A stretch of 63,547 nucleotides of DNA, filler included, from Choristocarpus tenellus KU-1152 (GCA_964200185.2; 16 parts of 16 records of this genome joined end to end with filler, not necessarily neighbours in it); one strand, 5' to 3'; positions 37,926 through 51,213 are shown, counted from the first letter of the whole stretch. A program made the numbers and translations. The notes: generated by a model from the letters alone, not told the origin.

Positions 37926-40016
37926 CTCTGTGGAAATGGCGTTGTGGCACCGTGTGTGATTGGTGACTATTCGCCAACGCCTTCGATTGTCAACGGGACC
38001 CTGGCACCATTTGGTGGGTTATTGTTGCCATTTCTTCAGAATCGTTTTAGAAAGCGGTTGAAGAGGTGTTGGAGGGGGGGGGGTGAGAACTTCATACCCT
38101 TTGTTTTTCTCTTTGAAGACTATGTACATAGTGATGGAAGTATTTTTTTAATATGATACGCATCGGTGCGCTCACGGTTTCATTTCATGCAGGGCAATGC
38201 AGTCGTGGCGTTCAAATGATTTTATTTTTATTATTTTTGATGTATATGCTTCGCATGCGTGTTCAAAAGAACACGTGGATATATATATATGTTCTATTCA
38301 TCTACCCTAACCCTGATGCACTGTTGTCCTAAATTTGCTGATATATTTAGGTAATTTTATGGACTTACATCAATGAATTTTATTATTTATTATAAGGTGG
38401 AAGATATATATATATAGTAGTAGTAGTTTTAAGAGTATTCTCTGGTGAGAACAGAAACTGCCTGAGTGATTGGATTGTGATCCTCACACGATTTCCATTT
38501 GCCTTAAAAACGACAAAGCTACTAATAGATTCTAACAAACAGATTTTGACTGCACTTGGTGTCTTTTTGTTTTGTAGTCGTGGTTGCCTTCCTCAAGCAG
38601 TGTGCATTCGCTTGTTTATTTTATTTAAGTGCCTGTTTGGCGACAGATCCTCAGATGAATTTTGATTGTGATAATAGTAGGGGACAGGAGATGATGACCT
38701 ATCCATTATCACCTGCAAGGGTTCTCGCCTCAGTCATGTACCCCCACCGCCTCTGCACGTTGAAAACCTTGTTGTGACGTGCCTAAGTGTACAGAGTTCG
38801 AACGACGGACAGAAACTATTCCGCTTTTCACCAATATTTCTTTTTTGTTTTTGTTTTTGTTCTCTTTTGATCATACAACGCTTGCGTATTTCTCGCCCAT
38901 GAACATAAACAGTATACTTGATGATATATATGTATTTTTCTTAAAATATGGTTTTATAGTTGTGTAGATTGTTGACGGGAAGGTTCCTAGCTTTGTTGTG
39001 GATACATGAGGACGCACGCGAGGTAGTCTTTGATTGTCTTGCTTGTCACTTACAACGGTGGTGTTGCCTATGTGACACATGTTGGGTGTATTTTTGTGTT
39101 CTTTACTTAAAGGAGTGTGTATATAATACCCCTGACCTCTAACAGAGATGTGTGTCCCCTTCCACATGACCATCTATCCTTCCTGATGGACTTTCTTGAA
39201 ATGAATTTTGAGTTCTAAGTAGAAAATCTCGAACATTTAAAACATACTACCCCCTTTTTTAATAATAAAAAGAGTACAAAAAAAGCGGTTCAAAACCTAG
39301 CAAAAAATATACTTACTAACCAACATGGAGACTGCAATATTTTACGATATATATACATATATGTGCCTCCTTATTTTGTTTTTAATATTGACAGCAAAAG
39401 GTATAGGCGGATCTTTAATCAGCAAGTAACTGAACGTCTCTAATAACCTATTGTGGGTAGGCAGCTCTGAAATAGGGTTGGTGTATCTTTGTGTGAAATG
39501 CACTAGATAATGGTTTAACGGTGCACACTTTTGTGCAGGGTCGGTGGTATAAATCAAGAGAGCACGTAGTGGTCAGGGCATAAAGAGTTGTGCATAATAA
39601 TATCTGCCTTTCCAATATTCATGAACACCTTATTTAGATATACGAACGCCATTTTTGGCTGTATCCCGTACTTCCGCCGACATACACCTCAAGATTTGTA
39701 ACGCCACCCCTAACCCTATTCTCCTGGGCGACGGCCCCGCCCCGCCTCGCCCATGAATCGTCCATAGTTCCCAGCACCTGCACCAATGGGCTCCCTGGCG
39801 TTCAGAACGATGCTGCCTGCTGTGTGGAGTCCTGTGGCCAGTGTGGTGGGATTGGTTGTGGGACGATTCCGGGAACACAGGGCAGTTATGCTTGCTGCGC
39901 CTCGACAGTACTGAACAACAATGAGATGTGCTCTGTGACTGGAGAGGCTCCGTGTGTTATCAATGGGTTTGTGGCAACGCCTACACCTACTGTGTTCATG
40001 TCGGCTGCACCGGTTG
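37926..40016 (+). CDS. Partial gene with repeated Cys-rich extracellular modules; exons 37926-38013 and 39768-40016
   Basis: LCGNGVVAPCVIGDYSPTP..; TCTNGLPGVQNDAACCVESCGQCGGIGCGTIPGTQGSYACCASTVLNNNEMCSVTGEAPCVING + Pro/Thr linker; phase-1 join; resembles Cys-rich repeats of brown algal surface proteins. Confidence 0.8.
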
Positions 40017-42290
40017 GTACGTTTTTGCAGTTTGGGGGGTGGGGGGGGGGGGGGGGTGCAGTTGAGGGGTTTGAGAAGTTTTGTGTTTTTGTATGTCGAA
40101 GAGTGTTTGGTGATATTTTTATCTTTGGTTGGTTGAGGTGTGTGATTCGGGTGTTGTGTTGAGGGGGGATTGGTTTTTGTTTTTTAGAAAAGGTTTTGCT
40201 TTTTTAGATCTTGTCTTGGGGTGGTATTTTGGACGTGTGTGTGTGTGTTTTTTTTTTTTTAATGCATTTCTGGTGCGTGGGTGGTTGAATATTTTGTGGT
40301 AACTAATGAGTAGGCACACTATGATTTTGAACATTTATTATTATTAACTTTTTTTTAATGTTATTTTGTACCACATTTCGGTATGTCATATCCTGTTGGG
40401 GAAAAAACGATCAACTTATTGAAATAAATCTATATGTGGTGCAAATGTGATACAGAAGACTGTTTCATGTACCATCTTTTCATTTTCCTATTTTAGTGGG
40501 GCCGTACTAATGATTTCGCCCCAGTACTGGAGTAGTAACAGCTCCGGTGTGTATGCCTCTTACGTTTGGAACACCCAACTGTTGGCCCAACTGTGGGTCA
40601 GGTAGGATGTTTTGAGTTTTTCCCAAAAAGCTTGTACAAAGGAATGTTTCCATTTTTGAGTGTGCTGTTTGCCTTGACAAGGTCAGTTCATTGTGCTATT
40701 TTTTTTAAAATACTGTCTTCTGTCTAACCCTTCCCCGCCCCATCCCATCCCTTCCCACCCACCCACCCACCCACCCACCCACCCTCCCCCCACATCTTAA
40801 CCTAACCCGTTTACTGTGAAAAATTATTCTCCCGTCCGTATNNNNNNNNNNNNNNNNNNNNNNNNNNNNNNNNNNNNNNNNNNNNTTAATTAATTAANNN
40901 NNNNNNNNNNNNNNNNNNNNNNNNNNNNNNNNNNNNNNNNNGGACAACAAAATGTGCAAAGCTTCATCATCAAATTCCTCTCAAATTAAGATCTCTCCCC
41001 CCCACCCCCCCCGCCCCCCCCCACATAGTTAGATGTGCCATTATGTTTTTATTATCCTTAAGTACTACCACACTCGAAAATTCAACATAGAGGCCTCCCC
41101 ATCCTCAATTAATATATATTTTTCAGTAGAGGGGTCAGTCACACCTATCCCTATCCCCAACCCTATTCTGCTGGTGCACACCAATTGAAACCCTAACCCT
41201 AACCCTAAACATACTGCAGCAACGTAAAATAATTCTTTCTGCAGCAACATAGTCTTACTCCAAACAACTCAACCATCTATTGCGAAACCACTCTGTAGAA
41301 CAAGAAGACCAAAAGGCGAATCTCTTCTTTTCCCATCCTGCCATACCAATTTACCAACAAATAAACATCAAGCCAAAGACAATCCCTTTCACCTCACACA
41401 CCCCATCTGTCTCACCCTTGGATAGAGCCCCTCCACCATCCCAGGACCTCTTTTTTTTTTTTCATTATACTATTCAAACTTTATGCTCTGTGGCCCTCCC
41501 AAGCAACTACCACCGTCCAACCAGCACTGTTTAAGCAATAAAAAAAAAATCGATTCGGAAACGAACAGGATGACCGACAACTTTTTTTTACCATTCAGGT
41601 ACACATTGCTATTTATGTTTATTGAGTTATGTAGTACAATACAAGAAAAAAGATTAAATTGACACAGACCTGGGCTGAAAAAAAAAGAAAAAGACCTGTA
41701 TTGGTTTCCATGTGTACAACAGATTCACATACGTGTCTTTCAGAATTGAAAAAAAAATAATCTATTTCTAGAAAGAAAGAAATGGACCAGAAGCAATGTT
41801 TACAAAATCAGCAAACAAACCAGTAAGGTCATGCATGTCATGTCACACCCACAGCAAGAGCCAAAGAGCAACTTCAATAAAAAAAAGGAAAATAACATCA
41901 ACTAGAACAAGAACACACAACACTCTGAATAAAAAAAACACTTTGTAAATTGTCATTGGAAGAACTTCTGGCAGCTTTTCTTTTTTCATGTCCAACACAA
42001 TAATAGCACTAGCAATCCAAAACTTCAAATCAGCGATTCAAAGATTAGAGTATTGAATTTTTCAGTCAGCAGCACGATATAACAAAAAAATAAAATTCAA
42101 ACCAGTGACGGTATACGTGGAATTGCTTTTACCGTTCATGGTAAACATCATACCACTCCGTCATCCAATTTCTTACTCTACTTTACTCTACCTGGGGCAA
42201 TTCCACAATTTCAGGATTAGTCGACAGCCTGTTGGCCTACTGCTTGCACTCGAACTGCTCTAAATGTATTGTACGCAGTACAGATCTCAC

Positions 42291-42630
42291 CTGGACCTCC
42301 CCTGCACTCCACTGGAGAGCAACGAGACCCCTTTGACAACAGCCACCCCCTCTCTGGACGCCTCCATTGCAACCAACTCCCCACTCTCCCCCATTCCCAT
42401 CATCAGTTCCCGCAACATAAATCGACCTGTTTATTTTATTTTAATTTCAATGGGTTTTTGAGAGCATGTGGATCATCATCATCATCAAGAAGTATAACAA
42501 ACGATACACTCCGACGGAAAACAAACGCCTTCCATCAAGGGGGATAGAGCTAACCTGAACTCTACCACATACTTGACTTCTCCTGAGGCAAGATGGATTG
42601 TTTGCTTGTGATGTAGACATGCGGTGATCT
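42291..42630 (-). CDS. Two probable exons of an unidentified gene (about 42630-42554 and 42426-42291)
   Basis: TAG|AAGATC..AG|GTTAGC and CAG|GTCG..CAG|GTGAGA boundaries with open frames; product unknown. Confidence 0.3.
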
Positions 42631-42642
42631 TCTACACCCAAT

Positions 42643-42686
42643 AGGGCTAGGGTTAGGGTTAGGGCTAGGGCTGGGGTCAGGGTTCT
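42643..42686 (+). repeat. Interstitial telomere-like (TTAGGG)n tract (similar at 21001-21032, 41190-41208, 44098-44115)
   Basis: TAGGGCTAGGGTTAGGGTTAGGGCTAGGG. Confidence 0.7.
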
Positions 42687-44346
42687 AGTGCACCACATTA
42701 CTACTTTAAAATATGATGATGGCGCAGTACACTGTTGTTGGATGGCGTTTTCTTATAGTGAAAAAAAAAGATACATAAATATTATTATTGTTTTTAGTTC
42801 TGCCTTCAGCGGGTTTTTTTTAATATGGTAACACTGAACGTTTTACTCTGAAGAAAAAAAAAAAAACGAGTTCACACGATACGTGAAATTAAAAAACTAG
42901 CAATGAAACCTAGAAACTGCCAGAACTTTGTGGATACCACAATCTTATTTTCCAAGTTTCCTTCACCATTACGCACTGCCTGACACATACTATAAAACTC
43001 CTGTATCTTCAACAACACAAGGATAAAATAATAATAAAAGTAGGGGGGGTACCCCCCCAAGGCATGATTGTGCCAAGTCAAAAACACCTGCCTTGCAGGG
43101 AAAGGTTCATGTTTCAAAGATGTGATGCTAAGGCATACTACCTTTTTCGAGCCTGACACGTTTCAAAGAACATTATTCAAAACAAAGGGCAGCAGTCCAC
43201 ATGTTTACGACTTGCGATATTTAATCCCATATGATATGGTGTTTAGTGTTTTGGGGTGTAATGTGTGTGCAGATAAATTTGCAGAGTGTCAATACAGGGA
43301 ACGGGAACTACGTATCGCAACACCTATGATATCAGTCAAGGAACTGTCCAAAGTCTGTCTGCATTGCAGGTCTCAAAGCAAGAGCACTGTTGATTTCCAT
43401 CTTCACCTTGTACAGTATTGTGCAGGCACTTTCTAGTCCACTCTCCCCTTTTATAATTCATGCCTTAAAAGGGGACCGTACCGTATTTAACGTTAGTTCG
43501 AATAGTAACAGATAAATAAAAAAGTATTCAAGACAGTATTTTAAAAAGGGTTTCAGTTTAGTTAAACGGAACACTGCATGAGTAAGAAATGAAACCGTTG
43601 ACTGCATATTTGGAATTCCTTGTACCTTCTTGAGGTAAATGCTTGGCATCATACCCATACCGCTCTACTGTACTCCAATTTCTTACCTCATGAAATTACG
43701 TAACTTTCTGGATTAGTCGTCGGTGGCTACATCCTTCGATATATTTAATTTAATTTAATTTAATTTAAATCTTCAATCTCAGTAAAGAAAAAGAAAAAGA
43801 AAGTGTATCTCGATAAATACAGTGCAGCGAACAGAAAGAATTGAAAGATAACATTTTTTTTTTGTCTAGATAAAAAAAAAAAAATGATCGAACTGTTGAC
43901 GCACAAGGCAACGCCACCCAAATGAGAGTGAGTGAGTGAGTGCTGCATGACACCCCAAGTCATATTCCACTCCAAAGCCTCCCCAAAGCAAGTCTAGGGT
44001 CTAGGGTCTAAGTTCGCAGCGGGCAGATTCGAAGCCACGACATTTAAGAATGTGTAGAGGGTTAGGGGACAGTGACATCACACCTTTAGGTTTGTGATTA
44101 GGGTTAGGGTTAGGTCCTGCGACCTACGCCACTTCCTGTCTGCATTTGTACCTTTTCTTTTTTTGTGCTACAATAAAAAAAGAAAATCAAGTAACTCATT
44201 TTTTTTTTTTGGGGGGTGGGGTTCAGTTATCGGGCTATTCTGATTTNNNNNNNNNNNNNNNNNNNNNNNNNNNNNNNNNNNNNNNNNNNNTTAATTAATT
44301 AANNNNNNNNNNNNNNNNNNNNNNNNNNNNNNNNNNNNNNNNNNNN

Positions 44347-44505
44347 GGGGATGCTCATTCCCTTAGAGTTGAACTAGACACTTGACTATTGGTATGTGGT
44401 GGTGTACCTGTCCCCCTGCCTTAGGGCAGGTACGAGCATATCGGGTGTCAATATTATGCCTCCTGCACCGAGCCACTGGGCACCTGTTGGATAGGGCCTC
44501 CATAT
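44347..44505 (-). mobile_element. CRE-like fragment (Zn knuckle)
   Basis: NRCPVARCRRHNIDTRYARTCPKAGGQVHHH, homologous to 23720-23775. Confidence 0.7.
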
Positions 44506-44600
44506 AAGATATTGTCTTCTTGGTTTCACTCCTACCCTGGAAATATGTAAATGTCAGAGGGCATAAAATGCACTACATATATTATTAATAATCAATAAAT

Positions 44601-44772
44601 AGCTCCTCACCCTGGGGTGCAGGACTAAGCTAGGTTGGAGGCAGAGGACGGCAGCGGTGTAGCATAGCTGGTAGTAAAATAGTAAATAAATGAATGTCTT
44701 TCACATGTACAACTGTTTCTTTTTTTAGGGTTCCTACAAAATGTCAAATGCTATAATAATAATAATAATAAT
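44601..44772 (+). mobile_element. 5'-truncated CRE-like 3' end with (TAA)n tail
   Basis: AGCTCCTCACCCTGGG..GTAGTAAAATAGTAAAT matches the reverse complement of 45010-45108; ends in (TAA)6. Confidence 0.8.
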
Positions 44773-44892
44773 ATATAAATATAGTACCAACGTTGGTGAC
44801 ACTAGTTTTTTTGTGGGGACCAAATTTAATTTGTCGCACCTTTATTGCGGGATATCATATACCATGATGCCGTTTAAGATTCATGTAAATAT

Positions 44893-47370
44893 TTATTATT
44901 ATGCCCTCTGAAATTTTGCAGATGTGTCAGGGTAAAAAACAATGAAAACTATTAACTTGTCAGAAAAAATCCCTAAGAAAGTCACAGTTGTCGTGAAATG
45001 TGAAATGCATTAATCAATTTACTATTTTACTACTACCTATGCTATACCACCGCCTTCCCGTGCCTCCAACCTACCTTTGTCCTGCATCGCACCCAGGGTG
45101 AGGAGCTAGGGAAGCATCCTAAGAATCTAACTAGCCCCTCCTTGCCCATCTCCCTGGTGTCTCCCGCTTAAAACGAATGACATGTCAAGATAGGGCTACT
45201 TGCATTGTGACTGAGACTATCTGACGTAGGTAGGATCTGACTGCCCCTTTCCTGCTGTAGCCTTTTGTCCCTCTCCCTCCTACCGCGTGGGTATCTAGCT
45301 CATCCAAAAAAGAATCCACTTGCTTACCGAGGCACCCAAAAATTTCCACCGCGAAGGTGTTGAGGTTATAACAACGAGGGCCAAAACATCCCTCGTAGTG
45401 GGTGTGCTTTGTGCCTCAGCTGCAACAGCAGCTACACCATTGCTGGTGGATGAGTGAGGTAGGTGGGAGGCCTCTACCACTTCTGCAAACGTAACATCAA
45501 GGAGGAGGCCTTTGTCTCGGTAGGGAGCTGATCTGGCGTCCGCAAGTGCCCCCCCCGCATGGAAGACCGGATCCATGCGGAAATTCTTGTCCACTGTGAA
45601 TGGGCTACCATCCTTCATAGTGCAGGGGATGCCTATTCCTTTGCAAAGTTGACCCAGACGTTTCACCATCGGTGTGTGTTGGCGGACCTGTCCTCCAGCC
45701 CTAGGGGAGATTTGAGCATTGGCTCTGGTGGTGTGCCAGGGCTAGCAAGGAACTTCCCTTCCCTTGCTCCACTTCATCAGGTAAGACAGCCAATTGGGTC
45801 CGGAAAGAGTCGAAGCGGATCCTGTTCAGGAGGCAGGTAATCTCATGCTGTGCCCTCGTTGTAGTCGTGGCATCATGGGCTGCCAGAGTATGGACCTTTG
45901 GGGCCGGTGTGAGGGATGCTGTTCCCCTCCAGGTTACCCAGCCTTGGTCAATGATTTCCGTTAAGTCTTCTGAGGGGACTCCTGTAGAGAGGAGCGTGTG
46001 GATGGATAATCCTAGGGACCTTACCGTGGGGCTGGAGCAGATGGCTTTGTGAGAAAGACTTACCTTGACGCCCTTGTTGCCTTGCCTGGAGCGTGAGGAG
46101 AGTAGACAGTAGTGATCCTATAAAGGCTGCATGTTGGCAGTGCTTCATAGAAGAGAGGCCCAACCCCCCCGCACTATGGGCGTCTGTGCCTGTACTTGTT
46201 GGTAGGTCTCTAGGCAGAGAGACCCATTTTCACACAACCCTTCAACGAGTCCGTCGCCCCCACCAAGTCTGCTACGTCCATTGTCTCTTCTGGAGTGCTA
46301 GTTAGGTGTCGTCTGTCGTCTCCATGGTGGAGCGTGCCAGTTGGGGGGGAGTGACTCTCGACAGATAGCCTAGGCGGGAGGAGAGGGACCAGGAGTTGAG
46401 GAGCCAAGCCACTTGTATTTCCTCCATCTCGCTGAGGTGTGTGGCTAGTAATATTGACCCAGAGCTCTCGATTACCTCAGCCATGTGGGCTTGGATGAAT
46501 AAATATATTCCCACAGGAGTCCCCAATTTATTAAACCCATTTAGGTTTGGGGCCAGGTTGATTCCTGCTATGGTTAGAAGCTCCAATTCTGAGGGCATGG
46601 GTTGGTAGCCCTGGGAAGGATCAGCAAAAGTCTTGTCCTTGTCCAGGGCAATGCCTACCTCACGAAGATCAGTTTTTAGCTGCTCGAAAGTAGTTATGGT
46701 GTTGAGGTTAATCTCCCTTGCCGAAATGGATGTGTCATCCAGAGAGCTTTGGGAGGACACACCCTGGGATCCAAAGGTAGACTGGACTTGCTGTAGGACT
46801 TTGGTGGTCGTCATGCAATATTGGAGAGAGCCAAGGGGGTCCCCTTTTTATGCCCCTGACTTTGATGGCAGTACCTTCATCCCTCCCTCATCCAGGGGGA
46901 AAAGAAGATTGTGGCTGTCCCCATATACCTTGGGCACGTAGGGAAGGAGTCCCGGTAGAGTATCGGTTGGAGCCTTGATGAAGGCCGAGTGGCATACACT
47001 GCTGAAAGCGTTTCTGAAGTCTAGACTGATGACCCATTCGTCACACTAATTTCTTATGCAAATGTCTAGTAGGGCACGCTCCACCCTGTTTGGAACCTCT
47101 GCACCAAAAATTGTCCCATTCTCCCAAAATATTCCTCCAAGTAGGAACACCAGTCTGCACAAAAAGCTGAAGCACATGCCCTTCTGAAGAAAGAGCCAAA
47201 TGCAACCGGGCGACATTTCTCTCCAATTGCGGACAATATGGAGTTTGTGTGAGGCGTCCAAAACTCCGGAGGTAAAGAGTCTGGGGAGGTGTAGACTAGC
47301 TCCCAGAGCTTCTCAAACACCTCTGTCACTTGTTTATGACCAACATCTGTCATGATGGCTGATCCGATAT
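44893..47370 (-). mobile_element. CRE-like RLE non-LTR retrotransposon, decayed: RT, endonuclease, 3' UTR and TAA tail
   Basis: KCRPVAFGSFFRR, ISLDFRNAFSSV, GDPLGSLQYC, SLDD, LGTPVG, RLGYLSRVTPP; RLE FRMDPVF..LLLDVTF..AAVAAEA; 3' end CAGAGGGCATAATAATAA. Confidence 0.9.
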
Positions 47371-47535
47371 GGCTCGAAGTATCTGTGGAGGGGTGGTGGC
47401 TGTCCATTTGGGGTCCATTTTTCCATTTCGCGATTTTTGGGTGATTTTAGTTGCATATGTCGGATGGATAATGTAAGTTTACTTCTCCTGGTCAGGGTCC
47501 AATTGGATACCCTGGTGAAACCCCCCCCTCCTGAC
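47371..47535. mobile_element. MITE family B inserted in the CRE-like element
   Basis: GGCTCGAAGTATCTGTGGAGGGGTGGTGGCTGTCCATTTGGGGTC begins exactly where the CRE frame is lost. Confidence 0.85.
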
Positions 47536-48011
47536 CCCCCCCGAACCCGCGAGCCCGGGAACGNNNNNNNNNNNNNNNNNNNNNNNNNNNNNNNNNNNNN
47601 NNNNNNNTTAATTAATTAANNNNNNNNNNNNNNNNNNNNNNNNNNNNNNNNNNNNNNNNNNNNACTTGGAAGCCAAGCCCCACTAATGGACAAACAGGGA
47701 AAAATTCGTACCCTCTAAGATAGTTTCACTCATACGCAGGACAGGGCTCTCGAGGTTTGTCCAATTGGTGCGTTGCACTAGTTTGGAGGAAGAGGAAAAT
47801 CCGTGTGCTGGTATGCAGTCTGATGAGTTGTGGGAGATATACATTCTATATACATTTAAAAGGTTATGAGTTCTAAGGCATTGTCGTAAATCAGTTTGAA
47901 TTGATTTTTTATGCAACCGAGGTGACAAGGCCCAGCAAAGGGACCGGCTGAGTGTTTCTTGTGGATCCAGGTTTTCAAATTTTGACCTGTGCGGGTAGAT
48001 AACTATAATAA

Positions 48012-48278
48012 GAGTCAAAGTAAACGAGAGTTACGCAGAATTGCATTTGTAAGGATGCTAACAAACATGTGCAAAAATCGTTTTTATTTTTTCACAAATG
48101 TGTACAGGATATTTTCTGAATTGTGTCAGAAAAGTTTCAAGCAAAAGAGAAATCAACCCCTCTCAAGCCAAACTTAGAACTTCATCCATAGAAACATGAG
48201 GAAATTGCAAAAGACTGAAAAAACAGGCTTTAAAAGCAAAATGGCCAAAGCTTGGATACCTCTCACTTACTTTCTCTC
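48012..48278. mobile_element. MITE family C
   Basis: GAGTCAAAGTAAACGAGAG / CTCTCACTTACTTTCTCTC; internal AACTTCATCCATAGAAA shared with the 61045 copy. Confidence 0.8.
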
Positions 48279-48765
48279 AATGGTCTAGTAACAGTTGACG
48301 AATGTTCTAAGTACAATTGTCCAAGGTCTATGAAAGGAGGAGTTTGTGACAAGCATAATAATTCCTTCAGTAATCTACATAGGTATAGTAACAGTGATTT
48401 GTTGGAGACACATTTTTTGGATCGGTTTTAAGTTTTTCAAATCGGAGAGTTAATTGAATACTATTCTGGAGCATATATTGTAGGAGGAACACAGATGAGC
48501 TAACTCTCTCAAAGTTGAAGTTTCTTGGACTTTCTGGAGTCTAAGCGCTTAGAATTGCACAACTCCATAACCTCCGTGTCCTCGTCCAATAAACCCTACA
48601 GGAGCAGCCACAATATGACCTCCTCCACATGTCGTGCCTGAGAGGGTATCCAAGGAGGGCCACTGTGACATCATAGTCAAGCCTACAGTCAAGAGGGTTG
48701 AGGGAGGGGAAACAAAGTCGTGACCCTGGGTTGCCATTTTTTGGGGGTCGATCACTTCCGCTTAC

Positions 48766-48963
48766 CTTCAGGTGCCCTCTCCATAGCCTTTGTGTCTTGA
48801 AAGCAGCTTCTCGATGGGCCAACCGTAATTTTTTGGTGGTGAGATCTTGACGCTTTACCTGCACAAGGTTCACCAGCCAGCGAGCCAACGTTCCTTCCGC
48901 TTCCATCCTCATTTTCATCTCTTGTCGCTCGATGGAGGCTCGATTTTCTATTTGAGCTCTGAG
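48766..48963 (-). CDS. Exon of an IQ-motif coiled-coil protein
   Basis: TAG|..AAG|GTAAGC, 66 codons, LRAQIENRASIERQEMK..AAFKTQRLWRGHLK (IQ-like). Confidence 0.7.
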
Positions 48964-49183
48964 CTACATGGTTAAAAAAAAGAAGATATGGAGGCGGGTA
49001 AAGGGTGAACAGGTTGAGGGAAGTTTGAGTGAAACTGATACTCAATGAGTTGTTGTAGGGGCCATTGAGCAGCCTGGGGAGCAATATTTTATCGTTTTCT
49101 TCTTCGAAGTAGTGGGGATCGGAAAATGGACCAATTTTCAGTTCGAGGTGAAAACATCTGGGGTAGGGACAGGATGATAGAAG

Positions 49184-49445
49184 AGGTCAAAGTATCTTGA
49201 AGGGTAGAGCTGCATCCGTTTGGCCACCAAAATCCAATGTTGTTAAATTTTGATGTAATTTTGGCTATCTTGTTTGTTAGGAAGTGTCGAAATCCTTGTT
49301 CCAGACACACCTTTTCATAGCATACACATTGTACCTACTCTGAAATGTTTTGGACTTGGTAAATTGTCATAAAAAAAATTGTGGGAAGCCACTCCCCAAA
49401 TGGACAAACAGGGCAAAATACCTACCCTCTAAGATACTTTCACTC
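49184..49445. mobile_element. MITE family A
   Basis: TIRs present; TSD AAG. Confidence 0.9.
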
Positions 49446-49477
49446 AAGAGGACATGCCGTAGGCATAGATATGTAAA

Positions 49478-49655
49478 GGCTCAAAGTATCTGGGGGTGTG
49501 TGTGGCGGCTGTCAATTTGGGGTCAATTTTTTCATGTCGCTATTTTTGGGCAATTTGGTTGCATACATCGGATGGATAATGTAAGTGCACTTTTCCTGGT
49601 TTTGACCTAAATGGACACCCTGGTGTAGACCCCCCCCCACCAGATACTTTGGGTC
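49478..49655. mobile_element. MITE family B, full length
   Basis: GGCTCAAAGTATCTGGGG / CCAGATACTTTGGGTC. Confidence 0.9.
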
Positions 49656-50137
49656 CAATCACCGTTACTGGACACCAGAATTGAACGAAGCATTGAATTT
49701 GGTGAGGTACAGTACTGGTAACAGTATCAGGTACTGGCATGGTTCTTGTTTTGCGGTGTTGTGTTGGTACCTTTTCTGGAGGAAAAAAATATTATTGGGC
49801 ATCTGGCTGGTGTCCATGTCGATATTCTTATGCCCCTCTGTAGTGAGTCTTCAGCACAAGACACGAAACTGTGCTTTTGAGGGTGTAGTGGACACACTGC
49901 AACTTAATGTCACCATTGTCTGTTGATATCAGCAATGATGGGCATATAGGGTAGTTGACACTTCTAGCTTGACTCTTGTTGTGCCCCAGTTGACAGGTCC
50001 TATGTGAAGCGGCTCGGGACAATGAAATCCGACTTCTTTGGGACTGTTCTACCAGCCAAGGGAAGTTCCACTGTATTTTATTTGAAGATGGAATGGTTTT
50101 GTCCTGAACCCATGAAAAGGTTGGTTGGTTAACTGGT

Positions 50138-50233
50138 GGCTCAAAGTATCTGAGGGAGGGGGTGGCGACTGTCCATTTGGGCTCAATTTTTTCATGTCGC
50201 GATTTTTGTGTAATTTGGTTGCATATGTCGGAT
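50138..50233. mobile_element. MITE family B, truncated at contig end
   Basis: GGCTCAAAGTATCTGAGGGAGGG.. Confidence 0.85.
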
Positions 50234-51213
50234 NNNNNNNNNNNNNNNNNNNNNNNNNNNNNNNNNNNNNNNNNNNNTTAATTAATTAANNNNNNNNNNN
50301 NNNNNNNNNNNNNNNNNNNNNNNNNNNNNNNNNGCAAGAGCAACCCTGGTATTCAGGGACACTTGGGCACTCTTCCCACGCGGGCGGGGGTCAACGGGGG
50401 GGTTGTCATGCCGACGTTCTGACCCTCGACGTGCCCAGTTCTGGCCTCAAAATTACCTCCAAAAGAACCCTACTTCGACGGCTTGAAGCACCTCGAGTTT
50501 GTACCTAATGATCCTCGACCCCCACCTTTTCTGAAAGCTGAGATTGTGACCCAATTTCATTCTGTGGGGATATCGTCCGATTCGGCGCTGTTCTCGCTCG
50601 CCAAGAACAGATGTTTCGCAGCACAAGCTTATGGCACAGAGATAGTAGGTACTTATACAAATCACATTCTGAATATATATATAGACCTCAAGACCCATAA
50701 AACCAGTACTACTCCCAAGAATCGATCCATGACAAAATTTGCGAAACCTCCTGGAGAAGGAATGTATTAAAATAAAAATGTAGGTGTGTTGATAATTTGA
50801 TACACAATTTTGTGAATAATGAATGGCATGAGTTCTGTTGCTGTCCTCCCTGAAACCACATCTTTTCTGGAAGGGAGCACGCCTGGCCGTTATTCGTCCT
50901 CCTTGTGTCTCAAAGCCTCCATCTCCCAGAGAAAATGGGTCACCTCGTTAACCCACATTACTGCAATCCTAATAGAAGATGTCAGTGTCTTTCTATTCCT
51001 CTAGAATTTGTTTGCACCCACTTATTCTTGAGTGTGATGATGGACATCGTGTGTTCAAAGAAGAGTGAGTGAGGACTCCTGCCATTGCAGCTGCCCTCTT
51101 AAGGAGCTTACTGACCAGTGGGTTCCTTCCAATGTTCTTACCATTGACACTAAGCCCCCACATCACCACCATGTTGAGTTTGTGGGGGAAAATCGCTATC
51201 ACTGGCACTTTTG

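Larger units (their letters stand above)
42110..43722 (+). repeat. Two diverged copies of a dispersed repeat of about 120 bp (about 42110-42235 and 43605-43722)
   Basis: Shared blocks in the same order: TGGAATT, GGTAAA, CATCATACC, TCCAATTTCTTAC, GGATTAGTCG. Confidence 0.5.

Noticed and set aside
50993-51208. GRNPLVSKLLKRAAAMAGVLTHS as a Crypton/DUF3504 recombinase
   Set aside because: No HxxR or downstream catalytic Tyr; upstream sequence is low-complexity and exon-like.
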